Shown: in pieces, positions 35,497-44,689 of the stretch | Position numbering within the stretch: position 1 is the first letter of the stretch | How the letters are laid out: each line of letters begins with the position of its first letter | From: Planctomycetota bacterium | Lineage (GTDB): Bacteria; Planctomycetota; B15-G4 | Direction: 5' to 3' | NCBI GenBank assembly: GCA_965248575.1 | Contig: CBDFJQ010000002.1 | Location: 3,680,001-3,744,000, forward strand | Length of the DNA: 64,000 bases | The notes under the pieces: generated by a model | Databases searched by the model: none | Seen by the model: the letters and a program-made list of their open reading frames with translations, nothing else | Told to the model about the DNA's origin: nothing | Program-made: the position numbers and the translations under genes

Positions 35497-37662
35497 ATGC
35501 TTGGATTCCGTTTCCTTGGGCGAGCTCTCTTACTCGCATGTTGCTCGGGTGGGCTGCTGGCCCAGGACGTTGTCTTGGTCCTGGATGCGCTGGGTGATGG
35601 CGCTGGGAACCCCATGAGCGAGCCAGCCGCTCTCGCTGTGGATGCGAGTGGCCGATTGCTGGTCGCCGGGGCCGGGTCCCACAACGTGTTCTCGGTGGAG
35701 CCGGGCACGGGAGCGGTGACGGAGTTGTTGGACATCTTCGGAGACGGCGCTGGGAATCTCCTGTTCGAGCCTCGCGGGCTGTTGGCGGTGGGCAGTTCCG
35801 TCCTGGCCTCGGGCCAGTCTTCGCACAATCTGTTCCATCTCGACGACGCGGGTGGTGTCGCGCAGTTGATCAGCCCCACCGGTGCTACGGGACCTGGGGT
35901 GGCGCCCTTGCTGGGGCCCACGGGGTTGGCGCGCGATTCGAACGGCAACGTCTTCATCGTGAGTCAGGGCAACCACAGCGTCCTCATGCGGACGCCCACG
36001 GGTTCGATCCAGCGAGTTCTGAACGGAGGCACCGCTCCGCTCGAAGCAGCGAATGCCGTCGTCGTAGACAGCCAAGGCAACGCGTACGTCAGCGGCCTCG
36101 TCTCGGACAATGTCTTCCGCATCGCCCCTTCGGGAGAGGCGACGCTCTGGTTGGATGCGGGCGGTGACACAGACGGGGCCGTCTTGGAATCGCCGCGGGC
36201 CATGTGTTTCGACGCCGCTGGAAACCTGCTCGTCCTGGGCTCGGGGACCTTGGGAATCGGGCCCTTGGGTTTTGGCTCGGGAGCCATCTTGCGAGTCTCG
36301 CCAACCGGTGAGACGGAAACCGTCGTCGCCCTGGGGATCTTCGGGGTTCCGGTCATCACGCCCTGGGACATGGGTGTCGATGCAGCCGGCAACCTGATCG
36401 TTGCGGGTTCTTCGTCCGACAACGTCCTGAGCATCGCCCCCGATGGGACCTGGAAGTTGATCATTGACGGCACCGGTGACGGAGTGCACCCGCTCAGGAA
36501 CCCGCAGGGCCTTGCCGTGCATCCGGATGGAACGGTCTACGTCTCGGGGCTCGGAAGCCACAACGTCTTCCGCATCGACACGGACGGCACGATCACGCAG
36601 ATTCTGGACAACTCGGGGACCGGGGCCGTGAGCATTCTCGGCCCCCAGTCGCTGATCGTTTCCGACGCGCATGATGTGTACGTCGCCGGGACCGTGACCA
36701 ACAACGTCATGAAGATCGCTTCGGGCGGCGTCATCAGCGTGCTCGTCGGGCCAGACGGTGTCCCTGGGCCCGGGAAAGACCTGCGTCGACCCGGGGGCCT
36801 GGCACTCGGGCCCGCGGGGGAGCTCTACATCACCAGCACCCAGCGGGACCTGGGGCTGGTGGTCTCGCCGATGGGCCAGGTATCCGCATTCATCTCCTCC
36901 TTGGGCGACGGCAGTGGCAACAACACGCTGGACGCGCCGAGGGGTGTCGCCGTGGACGCGACGGGCGGAGTCTGGGTGACGGGCGTCGGTTCGGACAACG
37001 TGTTCCGTGTGGACCCCAGCCCGTTCGCTCCCATCCAGGAAATGCTCAATGCATCGGGCGTGACCGGTGAGGATCCGCTGCGCTTCCCCCAGCAACTCGT
37101 GGTGGACTCCCAGGACAACCTCTATGTCAGTGGAACGATCAGCAACACGGTGCTGAAGCGCTCGCCTGCCGGCGTGGTGAGCGTCGTGTTGGATGGTATC
37201 GGTGACGGAGCCGGGAACTTCTTGCACCACCCGTGGGGTCTGGCTGTGGATTCGCGTGATGCGGTCTACGTTACGGGCGTCCAGAGCAACAACGTCTTCC
37301 GAATCAGCCCACAGGGCAGGGTGCGACAATTGCTCGGCCAGGCTGGCGACGGCATGGGCAACACGGTTCTGGAGCCCTACGGCGTCACCGTCGACGGACA
37401 CGGCGTCGTGCACGTTGCGAGCAGCGGCAACGACCGTGTGTTCCGGGTGCTTCAAGACGGGACGGCCATGGTCGTCGCCGACCAGACAGGCGACGGAGTC
37501 CAACCCTTGCAGGCGCCGCGTGCGTTGGCTCTTGGGCCGGGCGGTGTCGTCTATGTGGCCGGCGAGGACAGCAACACGGTGTTCCGCCTGGCCGCCCCCA
37601 GTCTCGACCTTGCTCCAGCTGTCGAGGAATGGTCACGCCTGTTGAGTCTTCCACGGCGCTAG
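35497..37662 (+). CDS. Secreted NHL-like beta-propeller repeat protein (paralog family of 2954..5464)
   Basis: Signal peptide; many GDG.G..L..P..LAVD..G.+YV.G..S.NVFR repeats; lacks the shared C-terminal domain. Confidence 0.85.
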   Translation: MLGFRFLGRALLLACCSGGLLAQDVVLVLDALGDGAGNPMSEPAALAVDASGRLLVAGAGSHNVFSVEPGTGAVTELLDIFGDGAGNLLFEPRGLLAVGSSVLASGQSSHNLFHLDDAGGVAQLISPTGATGPGVAPLLGPTGLARDSNGNVFIVSQGNHSVLMRTPTGSIQRVLNGGTAPLEAANAVVVDSQGNAYVSGLVSDNVFRIAPSGEATLWLDAGGDTDGAVLESPRAMCFDAAGNLLVLGSGTLGIGPLGFGSGAILRVSPTGETETVVALGIFGVPVITPWDMGVDAAGNLIVAGSSSDNVLSIAPDGTWKLIIDGTGDGVHPLRNPQGLAVHPDGTVYVSGLGSHNVFRIDTDGTITQILDNSGTGAVSILGPQSLIVSDAHDVYVAGTVTNNVMKIASGGVISVLVGPDGVPGPGKDLRRPGGLALGPAGELYITSTQRDLGLVVSPMGQVSAFISSLGDGSGNNTLDAPRGVAVDATGGVWVTGVGSDNVFRVDPSPFAPIQEMLNASGVTGEDPLRFPQQLVVDSQDNLYVSGTISNTVLKRSPAGVVSVVLDGIGDGAGNFLHHPWGLAVDSRDAVYVTGVQSNNVFRISPQGRVRQLLGQAGDGMGNTVLEPYGVTVDGHGVVHVASSGNDRVFRVLQDGTAMVVADQTGDGVQPLQAPRALALGPGGVVYVAGEDSNTVFRLAAPSLDLAPAVEEWSRLLSLPRR

Positions 37663-37682
37663 GTGCTGCGTATGCCGGGCGC

Positions 37683-39164
37683 TCAGAACTGAAAGTAGAT
37701 GAAGGCCTGGGTGTCGGCGATCCCCTGCAGCGCAATGGCCCAGGCGACGCCATAGCCGAGCGCGAAGAGCCAGCTGGGGACACGCTCCCAGAGCCGCTTC
37801 GGAAGGCCGAGGAACGCGAGAGCATGCAGCGACGCCAGGGCGGCGAAGAGGCCCAGGCGCGAGGCGCCGAAGGATTGCTCACCTGGGGAATCGAAGAGCA
37901 CGAATGCCTTGAGGATCGAAAGGGTGTGCGCGAGTCCATCCATGCCCGCTCCGGGCACGAGCTCCGCTGCTGAGGCGGTCGTGTGTTGAAGGCGCTCGCC
38001 GCGCTCCGCGATCAGCAGGGACCCTGTGCGGAAGGGGATCCAGCAGAGGCAGACCCAGTAGAAGGTGAGCCCGGTGCCCAACAGCTTCATGGCTGCGTAC
38101 CGGGTTCCGGCAACGCTGCGGCTCCAGAGCTGGTGCACAACCAAACCAAGGCCATGCAGAGCGCCCCAGATGACGAAGCTCCAAGCCGCGCCGTGCCACA
38201 GGCCGCCGAGCAGCATCGTGATCGCGAGGTTGCTCAGGGTCCTGGTGTGCTTCCCACGATTTCCGCCGAGCGGGATGTACACATAGTCCCGCATCCAGGT
38301 CGAGAGACTGATGTGCCAGCGCCGCCAGAAGGCGGAGATGTTGGCGGCGAAGTAGGGGTGGGCAAAGTTGTCCGTGAGCCGGTAGCCCAGCAACCCAGCG
38401 GTGGCGATGGCCATCTCCGAGTAGCCGGAGAAGTCGCAGTAGATCTGCACCGCGTAGAACAGCACGGCGATCCAGGAGCTCAGCGCGTCGTAGAGTTCGG
38501 GCGCGGCGAAGTACTGGTCCACAAAGGGGGCCAGGCCGTCTGCGATGCACGCCTTCTTGAAGAAGCCCACCAGGAAGAGCACAAGCAGTGCCCGCACCTC
38601 GATGCGCTTCCACCCAGGCAGGGTCGCGAGTTGCGGAAGGAAATCTCGTGCTCGAACGATGGGGCCCGCGACGAGTTGGGGGAAGAACGCGACGAAGAGC
38701 GAGATGTCGAGCAGGTTGCGCGTTGGGCGCAGTCCGCCTCGGTAGATGTCGATGGAGTACGAGAGCGTCTGGAAGGTGAAGAAGCTGATGCCCACCGGCA
38801 GGATGATGTGCAGCGCTGGCAGGTCGCTCGCGAACCCCACCCATTGAGCCAGCTCGTTGGCGGACTCAATGAAGAAGTTCCAGTACTTGAAGAAGCCCAG
38901 CATTCCCAGGTTGGTGGCGATGCTGGCCAGCAGCCAGCCGCGCTTGGCGCCCTTGCTGCTGGCTCCATGAATGCGTAGCCCGGCGATGTAGTCGACCCAG
39001 GTCGAGACCAGGATCAGGGACAGGAATCGCCAATCCCAAGCGGCATAGAAGGCATAGCTGCAGAACAGGAGCCAGGCCTTGCGAGCCGTGTTGCCGCGCA
39101 GGCTCCAGCTCACCACGAAGGCCGCGCAGAAGAACAGCAGGAACTGGAAGTCGACGAAGAGCAC
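37683..39164 (-). CDS. MBOAT family O-acyltransferase (AlgI/PatA-like)
   Basis: LPVGISFFTFQTLSY, FFPQLVAGPIVR, QIYCDFSGYS, FWRRWHISLSTW.RDY.YIPLGG, GLWHGA, C-terminal FIYFQF. Confidence 0.95.
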   Translation of the reverse strand: MLFVDFQFLLFFCAAFVVSWSLRGNTARKAWLLFCSYAFYAAWDWRFLSLILVSTWVDYIAGLRIHGASSKGAKRGWLLASIATNLGMLGFFKYWNFFIESANELAQWVGFASDLPALHIILPVGISFFTFQTLSYSIDIYRGGLRPTRNLLDISLFVAFFPQLVAGPIVRARDFLPQLATLPGWKRIEVRALLVLFLVGFFKKACIADGLAPFVDQYFAAPELYDALSSWIAVLFYAVQIYCDFSGYSEMAIATAGLLGYRLTDNFAHPYFAANISAFWRRWHISLSTWMRDYVYIPLGGNRGKHTRTLSNLAITMLLGGLWHGAAWSFVIWGALHGLGLVVHQLWSRSVAGTRYAAMKLLGTGLTFYWVCLCWIPFRTGSLLIAERGERLQHTTASAAELVPGAGMDGLAHTLSILKAFVLFDSPGEQSFGASRLGLFAALASLHALAFLGLPKRLWERVPSWLFALGYGVAWAIALQGIADTQAFIYFQF

Positions 39165-40330
39165 TAGCGCTTGGACGCGCCAGCAGAGGGTTGCTCCATC
39201 ATCTCCGCGACCTGGCCCGCGAGCAGCCGGGTCAGGCGGCGAGCGGCCGGCCGCGCGAGGTGGTGATTGTCAAAGCGCTTGTCTGCTTCGTAGAACTCCG
39301 CGAAGTGCTCGAGCTCGTTGAAGGAAAGCAGGTCGGGAAAGAGGCCGTCCAGGTGCGCCTGCTTGAAGGGCGTCTCGTTTCGCATCGTGGGGAGGATCAC
39401 GAACACGAGGCGCGCCTCATGTCCCTGCATGATGTCGAGCACGCGTTCTACGCAGAGCCGTTGATAGGGGCTGAGTCTCTGGGCCAGCGGGTCATGGGCG
39501 TCGGCCTGAGGCGAGTTTTGCTCCTCCGCGAGCCCCTCGACCAGGTCCTGGAAGCGCTGCGGGTTGTCGAGGAATCTCGCGCGTCGAGCCAGGAAGCTCG
39601 GATGGGTCTCGGCTTCCAAGGCGAGCCAACCCTGCTGGTTGGCCTGGAGAAAGGACGCATCCATGGGGTCGGTCCCGGGTCCGGTGGCGAGCTCCAGTCC
39701 GGGGACCAGCGGGCGGGCCCTCCCGGCGAGGCCGATGTTGCGCAGGAAGAGTCGCCCGTGGGCGAGCAGTCGCTGCGCCCTCTCGTTCCAGGGCTCCGAC
39801 CCGGCGGCGATGCCCTTCAGCAGCCTCGCCATGGCATCCGCGTTGTGCCACGCCACCACTTGCGCTGCGAGCGTGTTGTTTCGATCAACCTCGGTGGTGA
39901 ATTCGCTGAGCTCCACGAAGACCCAGCGCAGACCACTGGGACCCGTCGCCATGAACTGCTCGAGGGCGTGCAGTGTCGATGGAAGCTTCATGCCCGAGAT
40001 GCCGAAGTTGAAGGCCCGCTCTTGAAGACCTCGCTTGGCCATTTCCTTCTCGAAAGTGGAGGGCACGATCTCCCGGAAGACCCTGCTGGAGCCGAAGAAC
40101 ACAGCGCTGTAGCTGTCGGTCGTCTGTTCCAGGTGGGCGAGCTTGAGCTGCACGGGAGTGACCGGGTCGGGGAGCAGGCCTCTGCTGACCCAGAGGGTTC
40201 CGACCAGCGCGGCGAGGCAGAGTGCTACGTGCAGCGCGTTGAACGTCCCACTGTTCCTGAGCGTGGAGCGATCGGGCACCTGTTTACGCGCCCGCGAAGC
40301 GACGCTCCCGGAGCGCGCAGAGGATGTCAC
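39164..40330 (-). CDS. SGNH/DltD/AlgJ-like periplasmic partner of the MBOAT
   Basis: N-terminal TM; VFFGSSR (Ser), AFNFGISG, FDNHHL (DxxH); its stop overlaps the MBOAT start (TAGTG). Start uncertain. Confidence 0.75.
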   Translation of the reverse strand: MTSSARSGSVASRARKQVPDRSTLRNSGTFNALHVALCLAALVGTLWVSRGLLPDPVTPVQLKLAHLEQTTDSYSAVFFGSSRVFREIVPSTFEKEMAKRGLQERAFNFGISGMKLPSTLHALEQFMATGPSGLRWVFVELSEFTTEVDRNNTLAAQVVAWHNADAMARLLKGIAAGSEPWNERAQRLLAHGRLFLRNIGLAGRARPLVPGLELATGPGTDPMDASFLQANQQGWLALEAETHPSFLARRARFLDNPQRFQDLVEGLAEEQNSPQADAHDPLAQRLSPYQRLCVERVLDIMQGHEARLVFVILPTMRNETPFKQAHLDGLFPDLLSFNELEHFAEFYEADKRFDNHHLARPAARRLTRLLAGQVAEMMEQPSAGASKR

Positions 40331-40625
40331 GCCTCCCCTCCTTCTGCAGCAGGCCCCACTTCATGATCTCGTCGTTGCTGCGCAGGCATGCGGCGCAGTG
40401 CGTCATGTCTCGGTTCAGGGAGCAATCCCGGATGCAAGGGGAGAGCGTTGCACCCGTCGCGCACTCTTGGCAGAGACACGGGGCGCCGCGTGCGTCGGCC
40501 GCTGTCGCCTGCTTGGGAGAACACCAGCAGGGCTCGGTCTGTCGGGCGAGGGCACAGCGGTTGTCCGCCTGGCACACGGGGCATCGGGTGCTGTCCGCCG
40601 AGTGACCCGGCTCGCAGTCAGTCAC
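40284..40625 (-). CDS. Small Cys-rich protein: CWC domain fused to DUF1289
   Basis: CPVC...NRC...CWC...CLCQEC followed by SPCIRDC...CAACLRSNDEIMKW; GTGA overlap with the upstream gene. Confidence 0.8.
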   Translation of the reverse strand: MTDCEPGHSADSTRCPVCQADNRCALARQTEPCWCSPKQATAADARGAPCLCQECATGATLSPCIRDCSLNRDMTHCAACLRSNDEIMKWGLLQKEGRRDILCALRERRFAGA

Positions 40626-41752
40626 TGCTGCACGCTGATGTCGAAGGCCCCCTGTGTCACCTGTAAGTCGCCTGCGGCGGGGTTTGGGGACTCGGGTGCG
40701 AGGGTGAGTTGAAAGGTCCCTGTGATGCGCGAGGCACTGGCCGAGGTCACGGTGATGCTCCCGGGTACCAGTCCGCCATCACCCCAGTTCGCATTCGGCT
40801 GAGTCTGCGAGGCGACGATGTTGAACAGCGGTGGGCTGGGCCCCATGTTGACCGTGAAAGGCGTGGGCGTGACACCGGGGTTGAACGGGATGGCCATGGA
40901 GATCCCGAAGGAGTCGGTGCCGACGAGCACACCCGCCGTCAGAATGCAGATGTCGATCTGACCGGTGCTGGCGTTGAAGGCCATGACCACCGAGCCCAGC
41001 TCATTCGGCCCCGCATCGAACTGGCTCAAGAGCAGGTTCTGCTCCACGCTCGCGAGGCTCATGCTGAAGGTCTCTGCGGCAGGGCCACCCCCGCCCCCGC
41101 CACCATTGTCGACGGTCAAGGCTTCTTCCAGGGTGCCTGAGCCCACCTTGGTCTGTACGACCACGTCGTACAGCTCGTCGGCGAGCTTGGGCAGCTTCAC
41201 CATGAGCAGGTTGCCGTCCGTGACTAGCTGCACCTTCGCCTTCTTCTGCTTGCCCCCGGACTCAGGCAACAGGAACACCTTGGGCTTCTTGGGACCTCCG
41301 AAGAAGCTGCCCGTGATCATGACAAGGGCTTTGGAAGTCGCGGTGCCCGGGACGAGGCCATCGACGACCGGGGCGCGCATGACGAACGCACCCTTGAAGA
41401 CCTTCTCATCGAGGAGCTTGCCCTTGGGCTTGATGTGCAGGTCGTAGAGCCCGGGGCCCGTCTTGGTCTTCTTGAAGAAGACGCTGAGGCCGGTCAAGCC
41501 GCCTCCCAGGTCCTCGAGCTCGGCCACCTTGAGCTTGGTCTTCTTGGGCTTCGGCGACCCGTCGTCGGAGCGCGTGAACCAGAGCTTGGGCTTGCCAGCA
41601 CCGAGGTCGCCCATGACCTGCATCTCGATGACCGTCCCGGTGGTCCCCTCAAGAGGCAGCAAGGACTCGACGGTCAGATCGGCGAACGCTGCGCTGCTCA
41701 GCAGCGCGAGACTCACAAGCGTGGAAAGCAGAGCGGAGCAGCAACGGCACAT
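40622..41752 (-). CDS. Secreted protein with Lys-rich IPT/TIG-like domains, poly-Gly linker and C-terminal beta domain
   Basis: Signal peptide AFA|D; SLLPLEGTTGT, ITGSFFGG, YDVVV; colinear paralog at 51929..53077. Confidence 0.75.
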   Translation of the reverse strand: MCRCCSALLSTLVSLALLSSAAFADLTVESLLPLEGTTGTVIEMQVMGDLGAGKPKLWFTRSDDGSPKPKKTKLKVAELEDLGGGLTGLSVFFKKTKTGPGLYDLHIKPKGKLLDEKVFKGAFVMRAPVVDGLVPGTATSKALVMITGSFFGGPKKPKVFLLPESGGKQKKAKVQLVTDGNLLMVKLPKLADELYDVVVQTKVGSGTLEEALTVDNGGGGGGGPAAETFSMSLASVEQNLLLSQFDAGPNELGSVVMAFNASTGQIDICILTAGVLVGTDSFGISMAIPFNPGVTPTPFTVNMGPSPPLFNIVASQTQPNANWGDGGLVPGSITVTSASASRITGTFQLTLAPESPNPAAGDLQVTQGAFDISVQQ

Positions 41753-41913
41753 GGATGAGGGCTCGAATCGGGTCGGCGGGAGGGGAACCTGCCGGTTCCT
41801 GCAACGAGCTGCGAAGAGCCCGTGTGCTGCACCTGCAACGGGTACTTTGGCGCCGATGCATTGCAGCCGATGCCTTGCAGGTATAGCAGATCCCGCCGAT
41901 CCTGCCCCCGTGA

Positions 41914-43689
41914 CTAGCGGGCGACGCCCGAGGCGCTCGCTGGCAGCGGCTGTCCGGCACGCAGGGAATCGATTTCTGCCCGGATCTCCCGAGCTTCCTT
42001 CTCCAGCTGCATGAGCCGCTCGTGGAGCCGGGTCGCGACCTCGGAATCGTCCTCCGCCACTCTGCGAGGGAGGGTCAGATGGAAGTCCGCGTCCATGGCG
42101 GGCTCGAGCACGGTCGGGCTCACGGCCAGCACGTTCTTGCTGGATTCGTTCGCATTCAGGTACACGCTCCCGGGAAGCAGGTTCAGGTGCTGGCCGACCT
42201 TGAGGTTGGAGTCGAGCTTCAAGATCGGGTTGGCTTCGAGCAGCAACGGGACATGTGTCACGTTCTTGTAGAGCTTCTTCGAGATGCGGTAGAGCGTGTC
42301 CCCGTGCTTCACCACATAGGTCGTGAGCTCCTGAGGCGAACTGGCACGAGGAGTCGCGGCCGGTACCAACACTCTGTGGCAGCTGGTGCACGTAGCTGAG
42401 TTCGTGTCCAGTGCGGAAGGTGTTGGGGTCGGGGACGCTTCGGGCCACACGTCAAAGGGTGGGTGCTGGAACGATGTGGCCGTGCTTTCGAAGGGCCACT
42501 CAGCCCGGGAAACGCTGGCTGCTCTGTGCGCTCGTGCGTGGCACTCGGTGCAGGTCTTTGCACTTTGGTCGACGCTCACCACGCCTGGGAGCAGCTTGTG
42601 AGCTTGCGGGTACGCCGGCTGCGTCGTTTGCACCGTGTCCACGGCGACAGCCGGCGGCGGCGGGTCTTGCGCCTGGACGTCGATCATCAGGAAGGCGCCC
42701 GCGGCGAGAGCTGCTGCGGGCAGGGACATCACGAAGGGGATCTTCATGGGTTGGTGCTCCTTGTCGAGGATGTGGGCAATGCGGTCCACCAGAGGCGTGC
42801 GGCTCATGGCGATGGCGAGGGAGTCGGCCGGTCGTGGGGCGCAGGCCAGGCTCAAGAGCGTGCGCGCGTAGAGGTCCGGGCTACCGAACTTCCGCACGAC
42901 GATCTCGTCGCAGCAGAGTTCGCGTTCGTGACGCAGCCAGCGAGAAATCCACCAAGCAGCGGGCTGGAAGAACAGCGCACAGCCCAGCACGCGTTGAACC
43001 ATGTTGACCAAGTTGTCGTGGCGCTGGATGTGCACGAACTCGTGCAGCAACACCAGGTCCAGCTCCGCCTCCGACCAGCGTTGGAGGGGAACGGTGGGCA
43101 GGAGGACGAGCGGCCGGAAGATGCCCAGCACCAAGGGGGAAGCAATGGAATCGGATGTCGCAACGCGAATGGAACGCTTCAGCCCCAGGCTGCCGGCGAC
43201 GATCGCCGCCCGCTCCGTGACACGCCCGCAACGAATCCGGCGAGCCTTGCGGGAGAGGGACCAGAGCGCAACGGCTCCGAGGGCCAGGAGCAGCAGACCT
43301 CCCCCGGTGCCCGCCATCCAGAGGTAGGGGAGTGACTCCCTCAGGGGTGTGAGCCAGCGCGCCTGAGGTGGCGTCGATGCAGCGGACATCACGCCGAACA
43401 GACTGTCTGCCGCTGGCCGCTGTGAAGCGCTTGGGGGAAGGGGCTCGGTGTTGGTTGGCGCTGCAGGAAGCGTGCCTGCAGTGGTCGCGTCGGTTGGTTT
43501 GTCGCCGACGATGGCGTAGGTCAGCGGGAGCGAGAGTGTCAGGCTTGCGAGCAACACGAGGGCGAACCCGTAACGCGTGCGGGGGCGTGGGAGGCGGCAC
43601 GAGAAGAACGCCAAGCCGATCACAAGGGCGCCAATCCAGAGCCCGTGGATGAGCGTCCAACCGAAAGTCCAGAGCACGGTTTCGGTCAT
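41914..43689 (-). CDS. BlaR1/M56 family membrane metallopeptidase with two CxxCH motifs and a LysM domain
   Basis: LIHGLW, SPLVLGIFRPLVLLP, LLHEFVHIQRHD (HExxH), ERELCCD, YARTLL, LVDRI; then TM, CTECH, CTSCH, and LysM YVVKHGDTLYRIS...ANP...LKVGQHLNL. Confidence 0.9.
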   Translation of the reverse strand: MTETVLWTFGWTLIHGLWIGALVIGLAFFSCRLPRPRTRYGFALVLLASLTLSLPLTYAIVGDKPTDATTAGTLPAAPTNTEPLPPSASQRPAADSLFGVMSAASTPPQARWLTPLRESLPYLWMAGTGGGLLLLALGAVALWSLSRKARRIRCGRVTERAAIVAGSLGLKRSIRVATSDSIASPLVLGIFRPLVLLPTVPLQRWSEAELDLVLLHEFVHIQRHDNLVNMVQRVLGCALFFQPAAWWISRWLRHERELCCDEIVVRKFGSPDLYARTLLSLACAPRPADSLAIAMSRTPLVDRIAHILDKEHQPMKIPFVMSLPAAALAAGAFLMIDVQAQDPPPPAVAVDTVQTTQPAYPQAHKLLPGVVSVDQSAKTCTECHARAHRAASVSRAEWPFESTATSFQHPPFDVWPEASPTPTPSALDTNSATCTSCHRVLVPAATPRASSPQELTTYVVKHGDTLYRISKKLYKNVTHVPLLLEANPILKLDSNLKVGQHLNLLPGSVYLNANESSKNVLAVSPTVLEPAMDADFHLTLPRRVAEDDSEVATRLHERLMQLEKEAREIRAEIDSLRAGQPLPASASGVAR

Positions 43690-44108
43690 GAGCCAGACCT
43701 CCCTTTGCCACCGGCTCCCGGGGGCGTGGGGTCCGGCCCGTCGCTCAACATGCGCAGGATCTCTTCGCGGTCTTCAGCGCTGAGCTTGCCGTCGGCCACC
43801 ATGTGCGCCACGAGGCCCTGCGCGGAACCTTCGAAGGCCGAGGAGATGAGCTTGCGCAGCAACTTGCGTTGCGTGACGCGCCGGCTCACCCGCGAGGACC
43901 AGAGGTAGCCCCGGTCGCCCTTGGCGCGTTTCACCAGCTCCTTGTCCATCATGACCTTGAGCATGGTGGCCACCGTGGTTGTGGCGACCTCCTTGTATTC
44001 GCGCAGGGCGCGGCACACGGCGCCCAGCTCGGCGGGCCCTTGGTCCCAGAGGATGGTCAGGATCTCGAGCTCGCCCTGGGTGGGTTCCTGGCTGAGGGGG
44101 CGTGGCAT
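43686..44108 (-). CDS. BlaI/MecI/CopY family transcriptional repressor
   Basis: PTQGELEILTILW, VATTTVATMLKVMMDKELVKR, FEGSAQGLVAHMV...LSAED; ATGA overlap with the M56 gene. Confidence 0.93.
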   Translation of the reverse strand: MPRPLSQEPTQGELEILTILWDQGPAELGAVCRALREYKEVATTTVATMLKVMMDKELVKRAKGDRGYLWSSRVSRRVTQRKLLRKLISSAFEGSAQGLVAHMVADGKLSAEDREEILRMLSDGPDPTPPGAGGKGRSGS

Positions 44109-44131
44109 GGGTGCTCCGGCTGGCGAGGATT

Positions 44132-44159
44132 GTGTTCTGGTTCTAAAGAAATAGAACAC
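44132..44159. promoter_or_regulatory. Putative BlaI operator palindrome
   Basis: GTTCTA-N6-TAGAAC at 44140-44157, nested in GTGTTCT...AGAACAC at 44132-44159; AT-rich, 24-51 nt upstream of blaI. Confidence 0.65.
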
Positions 44160-44257
44160 GAAAGCTGGAGACGCGCAAGAAGGCACTCGGAATTCGCTGT
44201 AGCAGAGGGGCTGAAGCGTGCTTCAGCGGGTCGCAGGGAGCATGCCGTGGCCGCCTC

Positions 44258-44689
44258 TCAGGCCGGCGCGAGCTTGTCGCCGAAGTTCTGCTCAAAATAC
44301 TCCACGCGCTGACGGCCTGCCTCGGTTTGGGTGGCGGCCCACTCCACGGCCTTGAAGGCGGTGGGGGACGCGCCGCGCATCTGCTCGAGGAAGGGGCGCA
44401 CCTTCACCCACAGCAGGATGCCCTCGCCGCCGTTCTCCACCAGCAGTTCTGCGTCGATGATGCCGCGCAGGCCGAAGCCGAAGACCATCTCCCAATAGGT
44501 GGCCACCTGGCGGAAGGCCGCGTTGTCGGGGTGCGAGAAGTCGCGGATGGCGACGAACTCGTCCCAGGTCTTGGGCCAGAAGCCGAAGCTGATGGCGTCG
44601 CGGGACTTGCGCATGACCTCCTCGCGCCGGATCTCGTACAGGCGGAGGATCAGGTCGGCTTCCTGGATGCTGGGCGTGTTGCTGGTCAT
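44258..44689 (-). CDS. DUF4760-like hypothetical protein
   Basis: ADLILRLYEIRREEVMRKSR...FRQVATYWEM pattern; family assignment is from memory. Confidence 0.6.
   Translation of the reverse strand: MTSNTPSIQEADLILRLYEIRREEVMRKSRDAISFGFWPKTWDEFVAIRDFSHPDNAAFRQVATYWEMVFGFGLRGIIDAELLVENGGEGILLWVKVRPFLEQMRGASPTAFKAVEWAATQTEAGRQRVEYFEQNFGDKLAPA

Noticed and set aside
41753..42448. N-terminal extension of the 608-aa ORF 40622..42448
   Set aside because: Overlaps the M56-LysM gene in another frame; the paralog at 51929 and the signal peptide support a start at 41752.
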